Shown here: positions 63,200-64,000 of the stretch, piece by piece
How the letters are laid out: each line of letters starts with the position of its first letter
Position numbering within the stretch: position 1 is the stretch's first letter
Assembly: GCA_036785375.1 (NCBI GenBank)
Contig: JAWMAR010000430.1
Location: 1,612,001-1,676,000, forward strand
From: Leucoraja ocellata
Taxonomy: Eukaryota
Direction of reading: 5' to 3'
DNA length: 64,000 nucleotides
Position numbers and translations under genes: made by a program
The notes under the pieces: model-generated
What the model was told of the DNA's origin: nothing
The model's database searches: none
What the model saw: the letters and a program-made list of their open reading frames with translations, nothing else

Positions 63200-64000
63200 A
63201 TTAAAGTAGTAAGAATAATGTTATAAGTGGGTGTATACTGTTCTCTGGAGTGATAAATACAAGTGCATAGGCTGTGCTGTCTGACTACTGTCGGAATTAA
63301 GGACATTCCTTTAAGGCTTGAGAAGGACTTGGGAGGAAGGGGGGAAACACATGGAACCAACACCATAGAGACGACTGAGGAGAAGGTCTTCCAGAAGGAG
63401 TATGAGCAGGTGGGTTCAAATTAAAACAACAATGAAGACGACAATCTCTGGATTACCAACAGAGCAACACGCAAATTGACAGGGTTAATGAAATCAAGGA
63501 TTTAATATACGTGGTATAAAGATTGCTGAGGGAGAATGGATTTTAATTCAGGGGGCATTGACATCAGCAGAGGAGAAAGAAACAACTACCCTATTATGGT
63601 CAATGTCTCTGAGAATAGAGAGCTTTAAACTAAATAGTTGGTGGGATGAGGGTAGGAAGGGAAAATAGAATGTTAAAGAGAAAGGGCAGAGTCACCATGA
63701 ATGATTCGGGAGAACGAGCACAAATATCAGCGTATCTTTATTAGAGACAGCTTGGTGAAAAATGATTTTAAAAAAAAGCATCCTTGAGGGCTATTTATCA
63801 GAATACGTACAGCATTTCTAACACCAGGCAGACTAATGGCACAAATAAATTAAATGGATAGAATTTAATACCTTTTACGGAGCTGTGATTGGAACGTGAC
63901 CAAGAATGGCAATGAAATATTCCAATGTCCTTCACGTTTTGAAGTGATGGGCAAAATGAAAAAGTAGTGGCATCCTTGATGATAAAGAATGAAGTAAAGG
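63200..64000 (+). mobile_element. Decayed CR1-type LINE, ORF1 end to endonuclease start
   Basis: ACAATCTCTGGATTACCA (SGNH-esterase-like ORF1 remnant) and a degraded endonuclease N-terminus (...TTACGGAGCTGTGATTG...AATATTCCA). Confidence 0.45.

Overview
AT-rich vertebrate genomic DNA, most likely from a cartilaginous fish (skate/ray/shark), inferred from HE1/V-SINE-type SINEs, CR1 and Rex1/Babar LINEs, and Penelope-derived repeats. Two spliced genes diverge head-to-head. (1) On the minus strand is a complete five-coding-exon voltage-gated sodium channel beta-3 subunit gene (SCN3B-like; CDS 24151 to 5144, 648 nt, 215 aa), with a near-consensus REST/RE1 site about 280 bp upstream of its ATG. (2) On the plus strand is the 5' part of a non-gastric H+/K+-ATPase alpha gene (ATP12A). 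Six consecutive exons lie at 54478-62629, the gene continues past the window, and its first two exons could not be located. The rest is introns and intergenic DNA full of transposon relics. The most notable non-coding signal is a dispersed family of short Penelope-derived elements carrying minimal hammerhead-ribozyme motifs (CTGAAGA-A-GGGTC-TC-GACCC-GAAACGTC), often as inverted pairs bounded by 10-15 bp target-site duplications. There is also a family of palindromic PIF/Harbinger-type MITEs. All calls were made by eye, repeat boundaries are approximate, and most ORFs in the supplied track are not real genes.
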